Source of the DNA: Cyanobacteria bacterium J06626_4
Lineage (GTDB): Bacteria > Cyanobacteriota > Cyanobacteriia > Phormidesmidales > Phormidesmidaceae
Direction: 5' to 3'
Assembly (NCBI GenBank): GCA_038523235.1
Contig: JBCBJQ010000047.1
Location: 1-42,620, forward strand
DNA: 42,620 nucleotides
The notes under the pieces were generated by a model. The model made no database searches and was not told the DNA's origin. It saw only the letters and a program-made list of their open reading frames with translations. Within the stretch, counting starts at the first letter, position 1; the number at the start of each line of letters is the position of its first letter. This document shows positions 1 through 8,850 of this stretch, piece by piece. The position numbers were made by a program, and so were the translations under genes.

Positions 1-556
1 CAAAAAAGCTACCTGAATTCTCAAATAATAACCTCTAAGCCTGGTTCTAGATCGATGTCAAAAAAGCTACCTAGGCTTGTAGGTGACAGCTTTCAAAGCC
101 AGCTTTCCCAAGCTCATTGTCTGGGCGAATAGGAACATGAAAATGATCTGGAAGACTTTTCATACAATTTTGACGTCTAAGTATTTTGAGTCAATTTTTG
201 TTCAGTTTTAACCTTGATGGGTGTTTGTAAACACTGAACAGGACTGACAGCTGAAATCAGTGAGGATTGGAGGCTCACCAGGCGAGTAAACCAGCGATTT
301 ATTTTGATTTCGCACCCAGATGAATACCGAAGATGCCGGGATCAACCCACGCCGCACTGGTTGCTGTCAGGCTTTGTAATCTTGTCTTGAGCGGCAGTGA
401 CGGTTCACTAACCACAGGGTCGCTCTACCGTCTACCGGCTTTGTGATGGAGCGTCAGTTCGCTGGGGCAAGAAGAGCGTAGTCGGAAATCGCCAAGGCTC
501 CGTTAAGGAGGAGGTTTAATTTGGCAGGCATAGCAGAATTCGGAATGTTGAGTGCG

Positions 557-591
557 GAATACCCTTCGGGAAGGGCAAGCCCTACGGAATT
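557..591 (+). repeat. small dispersed REP/SDR-like repeat, copy 1, next to GAATTCG-type heptamers
   Basis: GAATACCCTTCGGGAAGGGCAAGCCCTACGGAATT; near-identical copies at 27084-27119 (minus) and 40583-40617 (plus). Confidence 0.8.
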
Positions 592-1287
592 GAAAGATTC
601 GTCAGATGGCGATTACAGCTATCTAGAATGATTTGACCAAACTAGGGATTGCTAGATTCGTGAGAGGGGACGCTTAACAGAGGTTATTTGGCGTCGCCAA
701 GGTTGCCCCAGTTCATTGAGCAAGGGCTGCAACCCAATTTCGTCGTAACCGCCTTTAGGGGACTCAGGTAGTCAAATATTGCACCCTCTGCACTGGTGAT
801 GGCCAGTCTCAATCAGTATTCGTTGGTGCCACAGAGAGGAGAAAACCGTTGGCCAACGATGTCAGCTTTTTTCTTCCTTGATATTGCATGCATGTGAAAC
901 GGCACTCTTCAGTGAACTGGGCATCCACGAATAAACCCGTTGACGCTGATGATGATTTCTGGCTGTAGAGACGACCGCTACGGACTTCTACAGCAATAAC
1001 GATCCATCAGGTGGGAAAAGGCGATCACCTGTGCAGTTCACAAGCGGCGTTGCTGAATCGAAGTATGAATCCGGTGTTTTAGACCACGGGCAAGATGCTC
1101 ACTCTCCGCTATCGATGGTGAGTCAACCTGTGCCGTTCTTCCTGTCAGTGATTCAATTCATATCCAAAATCAGCAGCGCCCGGTTAACAAGCCTGCTCGA
1201 TGGAGCGGGCTTGCGAGATGCCAAGAGGTCACAGGAGTTAGTTCCGAGCGATCGCTCAGAGCGCGTCCAGCGTTTCTAACGTAGGCA

Positions 1288-2391
1288 CTACAAAGGATTT
1301 GACTTGACCGGAGCAGAGGGCCGAATCCGGGGCTTCTCAGAGCTACGAGACGGTCTTGGCTTATCACTCATGCCCGGTCGACGGTCACGACGGGGGCCAA
1401 AAGATTTGCCTTTTTTCTTCTTCTTCGGCGGCACCATTCTGATGGCATGGCCGTCAACCATCACCAGCTTTTCACTCTGGCGCTCAACATCCATCTCCCA
1501 AAAGTAGCCCACCGTTTTGCCGGTCATTTCACCAAAGACGTTCAGCTTAAAAGCCTTCGGCGGTTTGCCTGAGCGCTTAGACCCTTGAACGATTTTGACC
1601 AAAATCTTCTGATCATCTTCGTCATAGCTCAGCACTTCACCGCGAATCGAAAAATAGTTTTCCGAGGGTTCGTCTACTGCGACGTTTTCCGAGGCCGTCT
1701 CGTCCAAGGCACTTTCAGACTCAGCCAGGTCAGCTGTCACGACTTCAGGTGCAGTATTCTCGTCGGCATCATCCGTTTCATCAGCGTCAGCAGCATCGGT
1801 TTTGGCTGCCGCGCCTTTGGTGTTGGGGTTCTCGCCCGGTAAACCCAACGTCTCAGGCTCCCAGACACCGACAATCTGCAAGTGTAGACCACCCTCTGAG
1901 CCGGTTTCGTCAGAGTCTTCCAATGCCTGCCGCGTGCGGGGATAAACCACCCACAGGTGCGAACTCTCTAGATCAATATGTTTTTTGATCAGACTGGTAA
2001 CGCGCCCTAACAGCACAGAATCAATCACGGCCCCATCATCGGACAAGATATTGCCCCGATTGAGCTGCTCTTCAGACGGCTGATACGTGCCTTTAACCAA
2101 GCCGATCGCCCGATACTGCATTGGTTCGCTCGGGGGGGCGATGGGATGATTGGGGTTAGGCAGTGGCGTCGGTGCGGGTTCAGTTGCTGGCGTTTGAGTT
2201 TGAGGCGTTGGCGGAGCCGCTGTGATTGCCGATCGTGCTGGCAGCTCGGGCTTAGAAGGAGTGGGTTGAGCAGGTGCCGGCTCTGGCCGCAGCGGGGGCT
2301 GTCTTAACGAGGGCCGCTGGGGGGGGGCGTTTAACGATGGGTCGCTAGCTTGCGATGACACGTCTGGGGACTGATGCTCCGCTGCACTCAT
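1288..2391 (-). CDS. cyanobacterial hypothetical protein (Pro-rich N-terminus, basic C-terminus)
   Basis: Long ORF 1288-2553; likelier start MSAAEH at 2391. Globular core PIAPPSEPMQYRAIGLVKGTY...LWVVYPRT...GVWEPETL...YFSIRGEV. Confidence 0.8.
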   Translation of the reverse strand: MSAAEHQSPDVSSQASDPSLNAPPQRPSLRQPPLRPEPAPAQPTPSKPELPARSAITAAPPTPQTQTPATEPAPTPLPNPNHPIAPPSEPMQYRAIGLVKGTYQPSEEQLNRGNILSDDGAVIDSVLLGRVTSLIKKHIDLESSHLWVVYPRTRQALEDSDETGSEGGLHLQIVGVWEPETLGLPGENPNTKGAAAKTDAADADETDDADENTAPEVVTADLAESESALDETASENVAVDEPSENYFSIRGEVLSYDEDDQKILVKIVQGSKRSGKPPKAFKLNVFGEMTGKTVGYFWEMDVERQSEKLVMVDGHAIRMVPPKKKKKGKSFGPRRDRRPGMSDKPRPSRSSEKPRIRPSAPVKSNPL

Positions 2392-2667
2392 GGGTCTCCG
2401 AATCCTCCTGAACCTGAAACTTCCCACCTCAACAAGACAGAATGTGGGGATTCTCTCAAGGTTAGCACCGCAGTTCGTATCCCGCGAGAGGCATCTCGGT
2501 TCAATCTGTGGGGGAAGGGGTGATCTAGTCCTCTTCTCTAAGACTGACTTCATCGATCCGCACTGTTTTGGTAGGTAAGTATGAAGTTCTCAAGAATTTC
2601 ATCTCCTTAAAGAACAGGGGTTTTATTGACAGAGACGCTAAGATGAGCAGGTTGAATTCGGACCTTT

Positions 2668-3591
2668 GTGGTGGCTGTAAAGCGCAATCGTTGGCTAGTG
2701 ATTAGCGTATTGGTAGTGGCAGTAGGAGCCTTCTTGGCGCTCTCGATTCTGCCGTTTCTCAGCGCTCGGAGCAATCACGCTGGCACCCCGACTCCGACCG
2801 GACAACCCGGCCCCAGCGCTGATGTGCAAGCTGAGTTGGAGGCCCGTGCCAAAGGCTTTGAGCTGGTGCTGGAGCGAGAACCCAACAACCAAACCGCGAT
2901 TGAAGGTCTGGTCGAGGCCCGCATTCAACTGAATGATTTAGAGGGCGTGGTCGAACCGCTCGAAAAGCTGGCTGAGCTGAACCCTGACACCCCAGAATAT
3001 CGGGTGCTGCTGGGCCAGACCAAGCAAAGCATTGGTGATTTAGAAGGAGCGGCCGAGGCCTACCGCACCGTGTTGACTCAGCGCCCTGGCGATATGAATG
3101 CGCTACAGGGCTTGACGGCGCTATTGGTGCAGCAGGAACGGCCCCAAGCGGCGATCGGCTTGCTGCAAGATACCCTAGAGTCGGCTCCGCAAAACAATGA
3201 AATTGCCCCGGGAACGGTTGATGTGGGCTCAGTGCAGCTGTTGCTGGCTCAGGTCTATGTCGAGGAGGGCTCGCTGGATGAGGCCCTGCGTCTTTATGAT
3301 GAGGCGATCGCCAGTGCCCCCGACGATTTTCGTCCGGTGCTAGCCAAGGGACTGGTGCTGCGCGATGCGGGTCGCGCGCCCGATGCCGCCGTTCTGTTTA
3401 AGCAAGCGGAAGAACTTGCGCCCGATCAATATAAAGATCAGGTGCGTCAGCTAGCCGCCGGGCCAGAAGCCATCGAGGTGCCAGCGACTGAAGAAGACGC
3501 AGTTTCCACACCAGACGCAGCCCCAGTCCCAGACACTGCTGACGAAGTCCCGGCTCCTGAAGCGGAAGAAGATGGCGAATTCATCGAATAG
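2668..3591 (+). CDS. membrane-anchored tetratricopeptide repeat protein
   Basis: N-terminal hydrophobic helix, TPR-like units (LLGQTKQSIGDLEGAAEAYRTVL; LLAQVYVEEGSLDEALRLYDEAI), acidic tail. Confidence 0.88.
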   Translation: MVAVKRNRWLVISVLVVAVGAFLALSILPFLSARSNHAGTPTPTGQPGPSADVQAELEARAKGFELVLEREPNNQTAIEGLVEARIQLNDLEGVVEPLEKLAELNPDTPEYRVLLGQTKQSIGDLEGAAEAYRTVLTQRPGDMNALQGLTALLVQQERPQAAIGLLQDTLESAPQNNEIAPGTVDVGSVQLLLAQVYVEEGSLDEALRLYDEAIASAPDDFRPVLAKGLVLRDAGRAPDAAVLFKQAEELAPDQYKDQVRQLAAGPEAIEVPATEEDAVSTPDAAPVPDTADEVPAPEAEEDGEFIE

Positions 3592-3784
3592 GCTTTAGCA
3601 TGAATTCTTGGCGATCATCCATCTATAAATTCAGTCGCCTTGCGGCTCTGTCAACGGCAGGAGACTGAATCGTGGTTGCCAGCATTTTTAAGCGCCGAGG
3701 CCGGAGCCGGAGCCGGTCACTAAACTGGAATGTCTCACAGCCAAAAGAGTGCGGTTTAATAGGTTAGCCCTCACAGTGATGACT

Positions 3785-5118
3785 ATGGCTGCCCCTAAAG
3801 CCCGCACCCTTAAAGAAGCCTACCGCTTTTGTGATGTCAAACCCCTGACGCCTGACCAACAAGACTACTATGTGCCGTTTGCAGCCCGACAAGATGCCAT
3901 CGGTCAGGTGAACTCATTGTTGGCGCTGCAAGAACTGGGTGAGTACACCAGCATTTTGTTTACGGGGCATGTTGGCTGTGGCAAAACGTCTGAGTTGAAT
4001 CGCATTGCCGAGGCTTGGAAGAACGAATATTTGGTGATTTCGTTACAGGTGGAAGAAGAGACAGATGCCAACGATCTGGACTATACCGACCTGTATCTAG
4101 TCATCATCAAACAGGTGGAACTGGCCATGCGCCGCGCGGGTCTGCGGTTTGACTCCGGTTTGCTGACCAGCTTTGAAAATTGGTTTAAAGAGGTGACTGA
4201 GGAGACTGAGGAGACCGTCGAGCGATCGGTAAATGTGAATGCCGAAGCCTCGCTGGGGGCCGAAGCGCCCTTTTTGGCTAAGTTTTTGGTCAAAACGATG
4301 GCGCAGATCAAGGGCGGCTCTAAAGATAAAGTCACCATTCGCCAAACCCTGGCCCGCGAGGTGTCGCGGCTCAAAACGGACATTAATCTGCTGCTGCGAG
4401 ATGGGGCACAAAAGGTGCAACAGGCCTTTCCGGGCAAGAAGGGATTTTTGCTGATTTTGGATGGCATTGATAAGTGCCCGCCCGATGTCGCGACCCGCCT
4501 GTTTGTCGATTACGCCGCCCAAATGCGAGAGCTGAGCTGCACCATCATTTATACGGTGCCAATCGCCATCTTGTATTCCACTCGGAAACTGGGCAGCATT
4601 TTTGAGAATCCGCACATTGTGCCGATGATTAACATCTACCAGTTTGACCGCGACCAAACCGACCTGGCTCACGATCAAGCGGGGCTGCAACAAATGGTGC
4701 AGCTGATTGTTAACCGCGTCGAGGTCGATGTCGTGGTGAGTGACCCTGCTTTGCTTCTTGACCTCGCCCAGGCAAGTGGCGGACATATTCGTCGATGATG
4801 CGGATGACGCGACAGGCGATGTTAACCGCCATGGGACGCAATCATCGCCAATTGCAGGCAGACGATGTTACTTACGCAATCAAACAAGAGCAGGCCAGCT
4901 TTGAGCGCATTATTCCGGCCGATGCCTACGGTGAGCTGGCGCAGGCCGCCCTCAAAAAAGAAGTGACCGACGACGTGATGGGTCAATCATTATTATTCAA
5001 TACCGCTATTCTGGAGTACAACGGGGGTACCCGCTGGGTATACCCAAATCCGGTGGTGCGACATAGTGAACCCTTCAAACGTGCCCTTACCCAACTCCGA
5101 GATGACTCCGGCGAGTGA
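3785..5118 (+). pseudogene. P-loop NTPase (AAA/STAND-like), split by an apparent 1-nt deletion at ~4793 (ORFs 3749-4798 and 4795-5118)
   Basis: Walker A GHVGCGKT and Walker B LLILDGIDK. The first ORF ends at ASGGHIRR* and the second starts MMRM; adding one base (CG>CAG) gives continuous ASGGHIRQMMRM and ~444 aa. Confidence 0.75.
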
Positions 5119-6421
5119 CCCCGATCTGCGCCTGAGCGAGTTTTTGGGGCAAAATTTAGACGCCTTTCGAGAGTTAGTGACCTTTGCTGAGGTGGCTGAG
5201 GGCTTTACCTTGGCCATTGTCGAAATCAACTTTGTGGCAGATGGTGACTTGCTAATGCAGGCGCTGCACCAGCACGCGGTCGCTGAGACTGTGCAATTTA
5301 TCGAGCTAGATTTTAGCGAGCGCGTCTCCTTTTCGCTGCTGGCGGCACTGACTGAGCGCCTGACCACCGTTGAGCGAGACCCGCAGCGCCAGCCGGTGTT
5401 GCTCGTGCGCGGGCTGGCGACGGCGATCGGGATTAAAAGCGACTACTCCCGCTTTTTGGCCGATCTCAACTATAGTCGCGACCAGCTGGCCCAACAGGTG
5501 CCGTACCCGCTGGTGCTGGTGCTGCCTGACTATGCGGTGACACGGCTCGGGCAATATGCCAAAGACCTGTGGACTTGGCAGTCGGGTCTGTTTCCCTTTC
5601 GCACTACGTCACAGACTGTAGATGGGGTGCACACCCAGCTGCGCCACCCCCACCCCACCCTGCCCGCTGACAGCAAACCGGTCAAGCAAGACCGTATTGA
5701 CCAGCTAGAGCGGCTACTGAGCGAACGGCTCAACCATGGCGCCCCCTCCACCGACTCCGCGCAAGACTGCATTAACTTGGCGCTAGAGCTGGGGAATGCC
5801 TATCGGGGACTGTCTGACTACGCCCAAGCTCGTCGCCATTACCACGAAGCCATGGATTGGTCTGTGGTGATACAACAGTCAGTAAAAGAAGCGGACGCAC
5901 TCTACGGTTTGGGACAGGTGCATCGCCTGCAGATCGATAATGCCAAGGCTATGGAAAGATTTGACCAAGCCCTCGCACTCTACCAAGCCACCGGGGCTCG
6001 CCTGGGCGAAGCCAACACGCTACAAGCCATTGGCGATGTCGAACAATTTCTCAAACGCAGTCAGGAGGCGCTGAAGCACTACGACCAAGCCCTCGCACTC
6101 TACCAAGCCACCGGGGCTCGCCTGGGCGAAGCCAACGTGTTGCAAGAGTTCGGAAAAATGGCTAAAGACTCTAGAAAATCGCTAGCATTTCTGCAGCAGG
6201 CACAATCTTTATATGAGGCAATTGGCGATCGCTACAGTCAATGTCGGAACTTGGTCAATTTTCTAGCTGATGCCCAACTCGCCATGGGCCAGCGGGCAGA
6301 AGCGATTTGCTCCTTACACAGAGCGGCTGATCTGGCCCTGGGTTCGGAGTATGCGTTTTTGGCCGAGCGGGCTCAGAACAAACTTAAAAATTGGGATGCA
6401 GATACGTTAAACCCAAGCTAA
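5102..6421 (+). CDS. TPR protein with an N-terminal degenerate ATPase-like domain; partner of the upstream ATPase
   Basis: ATG 5102 overlaps the ATPase stop. N-domain PVLLVRGL...LNYSRDQLAQQVPYPLVLVLP...DLWTW has no Walker A. C-terminal 40-aa TPR units (GARLGEANTLQAIGDV). Confidence 0.85.
   Translation: MTPASDPDLRLSEFLGQNLDAFRELVTFAEVAEGFTLAIVEINFVADGDLLMQALHQHAVAETVQFIELDFSERVSFSLLAALTERLTTVERDPQRQPVLLVRGLATAIGIKSDYSRFLADLNYSRDQLAQQVPYPLVLVLPDYAVTRLGQYAKDLWTWQSGLFPFRTTSQTVDGVHTQLRHPHPTLPADSKPVKQDRIDQLERLLSERLNHGAPSTDSAQDCINLALELGNAYRGLSDYAQARRHYHEAMDWSVVIQQSVKEADALYGLGQVHRLQIDNAKAMERFDQALALYQATGARLGEANTLQAIGDVEQFLKRSQEALKHYDQALALYQATGARLGEANVLQEFGKMAKDSRKSLAFLQQAQSLYEAIGDRYSQCRNLVNFLADAQLAMGQRAEAICSLHRAADLALGSEYAFLAERAQNKLKNWDADTLNPS
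5963..6136 (+). repeat. 54-bp exact direct repeat within the TPR coding region (5963-6016 and 6083-6136)
   Basis: GACCAAGCCCTCGCACTCTACCAAGCCACCGGGGCTCGCCTGGGCGAAGCCAAC occurs twice, 120 bp apart. Confidence 0.95.
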
Positions 6422-6441
6422 GGCTTGGGTTTGAGTTTTTT
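6409..6441 (+). terminator. intrinsic terminator overlapping the TPR gene stop codon
   Basis: AAACCCAAGC-TAAG-GCTTGGGTTT hairpin followed by a T-run, between convergent genes. Confidence 0.7.
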
Positions 6442-6487
6442 ATGCTGCATTCCCTGGGCCGTCCCATTAGATTAGAAGACTCAGAGT

Positions 6488-8317
6488 TCAAGGAGCCAAA
6501 AGCACCCCTAAGCCATTGTGTACCTGGCCTACAGTGCTGCCGTGGCGGTTGATGATAGTGCCGCCCAAATACAGGCTAGAAGAGGTGCCCCCATCGAGGT
6601 TGAGGGCATTTTGCGCCCCGAGCTGCCGCATGATTTGAGCTGCTTCTGCCAATGTGGGGCCGCGACCTCCCGGACTGTAGTGAATGGCCACGAGGACGAT
6701 ATTGCCGTTGGGCGTCACCCCGATCGCGCTGCGGGGGGCCGCTTGCGCCGCAAAGGCATCGCTAAAGCCTTCGGCTCTGGCATCGGCGATGATCTGGCCC
6801 TCTCTGACTAAGATCGGCCCCCCCCCGATCGCTAAGGGAAAGTTGGCAAAGGCTGCCGGACGCAAATCAGGACTCAGCGCCAGGGTCGTGCCCACTGGCA
6901 TCGCCTGCGCTGCCGAATTAAACGATCGCAGGGCCAGCACATACCCCTGGGGTGGAATTGGGGTGGCTCCGGTGCCAGCACTGCCCCCCGCCACCTGCTG
7001 CACGACCTGATTTTGGTTCACAACCAGCAGCGTTTCGCCATCGGTGATGGGCGTGTAAGTGCGGCCCCAAGCGGCGGTATAGAGACCGATGCCTGCCTGC
7101 ACATAGCCGCTGTTAATGTGGTTCACCGTAAAGGAGCCACCCTGGGACGTCGTCAGGGCATAGGCCAGCGAGAGCGAACTCAGGGCAAATTCTCCCTGTG
7201 AATTCCAAGCGATCGCCCCCCGATTCAAAATGGGGCCAGAGATCCACTGGTCATCGCGGCGAATTGCTCCCAGCGGCAGCTGATTATTGCGGTTAAAAAA
7301 GCCCGCATTGATGGCCGCAGCGGCCCGAGCGGTCTGAGCCATCGTTTTCAGCGGGGTAATCCCCGGCAGCTGATGGGGACTCGCCCAAATCGGCTGGAGG
7401 GTAGTGGCAGTATCGAGATTGAGCCAGAGCTGATGCACTGGAAAGCGGCGATCGCCCACAGTCAGATATTCCTGCCGCCAGCGTAGGTTGGGAGCCCAGC
7501 GAATATCGCGGGGCACGACGTCGGCTTCGTTGATATCAATAACGACCCGCGGGGGATTGGTCAAACTCCACACGCGAGGCCGCGCCGTTTCCTCAAAGGT
7601 GCCCCGCAACACGATTTGGTTGCCGCCGGGGGTGACCTGCAAAGACTGCAGTACATTGCCATCGCCGCTAGTCAGGACTGCCGGATTAAAGGCCGCACCG
7701 CCAGTGGCCTGCAGGGTCAGGGTAAACGCGGTGGCGTCTTCGTCAAAGCTCCACAGCACAGGACGATCAACTTCCAACACCAGGCGATCGCCCTGCGCTT
7801 GACGACCGCGCCGAGCGGTGAGCACCGTGGCCGTGGGGGCTTGCAGCGTGAGGCGATCGCCCGTCGGCACCAGCTGCCAGCCCTGCTGGGCGGCCCACGC
7901 GGTGACATCGAGATAGCGATAGCCGTTGTCATGCCAGGTCGGTAAGGCTGTCGGCCTGTCGGCAAACCACAGCACCGGCTGCATCTCCGCCGTGGGGGTG
8001 TTCTGCAAATCAACGCCCAGGTGGGTCATCAGGGGCAAGTCCGCAATGCCAATGCGATCGCCTCGCTGCTGCCAGGGCACGGGCACGGTGGTGTTGCCCA
8101 CCGTTACCGTATTGCCTTGAGTCACGCCCAGCTGGGCCATCGGCGTGGTCAAACGGCGAGACTCGGTCTCAGCGGTCGGTAAGGCCGCTAGGGCGATCGC
8201 GGGCGGTGGTTGAGACCGGGCAGTGCCCAAGCCGAAGGTCACGAGGCTGAGCCCGATCAAGGGGCCGAGCAGCGGAAATAGACCTGAGGGGATCTTTTTA
8301 GTAATATCTGCCGCCAT
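6488..8317 (-). CDS. phosphodiester glycosidase (NAGPA/DUF2233) family exported protein with AMIN-like region
   Basis: Signal-like N-terminus; motifs AAINAGFF, APRSAIG, ALNLDGGTSSSL; SLTNPPRVVID. Likely ATG 8317 after GGGAGA. Confidence 0.85.
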   Translation of the reverse strand: MAADITKKIPSGLFPLLGPLIGLSLVTFGLGTARSQPPPAIALAALPTAETESRRLTTPMAQLGVTQGNTVTVGNTTVPVPWQQRGDRIGIADLPLMTHLGVDLQNTPTAEMQPVLWFADRPTALPTWHDNGYRYLDVTAWAAQQGWQLVPTGDRLTLQAPTATVLTARRGRQAQGDRLVLEVDRPVLWSFDEDATAFTLTLQATGGAAFNPAVLTSGDGNVLQSLQVTPGGNQIVLRGTFEETARPRVWSLTNPPRVVIDINEADVVPRDIRWAPNLRWRQEYLTVGDRRFPVHQLWLNLDTATTLQPIWASPHQLPGITPLKTMAQTARAAAAINAGFFNRNNQLPLGAIRRDDQWISGPILNRGAIAWNSQGEFALSSLSLAYALTTSQGGSFTVNHINSGYVQAGIGLYTAAWGRTYTPITDGETLLVVNQNQVVQQVAGGSAGTGATPIPPQGYVLALRSFNSAAQAMPVGTTLALSPDLRPAAFANFPLAIGGGPILVREGQIIADARAEGFSDAFAAQAAPRSAIGVTPNGNIVLVAIHYSPGGRGPTLAEAAQIMRQLGAQNALNLDGGTSSSLYLGGTIINRHGSTVGQVHNGLGVLLAP

Positions 8318-8850
8318 AAAGTCTCCCGTCGAATCTCGCTGAGAAAATAGCTGGATGGCCAAATCGTAATCGTTCACACAGTAAACGGCGATAGCTTAAA
8401 TTAATACTGGAACTTCAAGCCTTAACTTTTTAGCAATGATTAGGTGTCGTGCGCTCACCGCGATGCTGACCGCCAGAGATGACGTCATTTGCCAATCAGC
8501 TAGCCGACTCGGTTGACAAGTTAAGACGGTATAATCAGCAACCCTGGCCCCCGTTTAAGCCGCTCTCAACGGCGGCGGCCTGACTGGATTCCCGCTTGGC
8601 CGCCGCCAGTCGCCCCTAATTGATTGCGTAAGGCATGAGCATTGCCGAATCCATTAGGTTATCGGTAGGGTGATTGAGCAATGGCTCAATCATTGGATTT
8701 AGTGAGCTTGAGACGCGCTATGGCCCTCCTCGATCGAGGGCGCGCGCTCCCGACAAATCGAGCTAAAACGGGTTCCTGCGATCGCGGGCTAGCGTTGAGT
8801 CGCTGCGGCGACTGGTATTCGTCAAACATCACCTTTTAAGAGTCGTCACC

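Noticed and set aside
600..1280. Short ORFs and possible gene remnants
   Set aside because: All frames are interrupted or unrecognisable; no family can be supported.
8513..8535. Perfect TTGACA and TATAAT upstream of glsF
   Set aside because: The spacer is only 11 bp, not ~17. The -10 may be real but the pair is not a canonical promoter.
8640..8850. Glutamine riboswitch (glnA motif) in the glsF leader
   Set aside because: Hairpins exist (e.g. TGATTGAGC-AATG-GCTCAATCA), but I could not find the conserved aptamer core.
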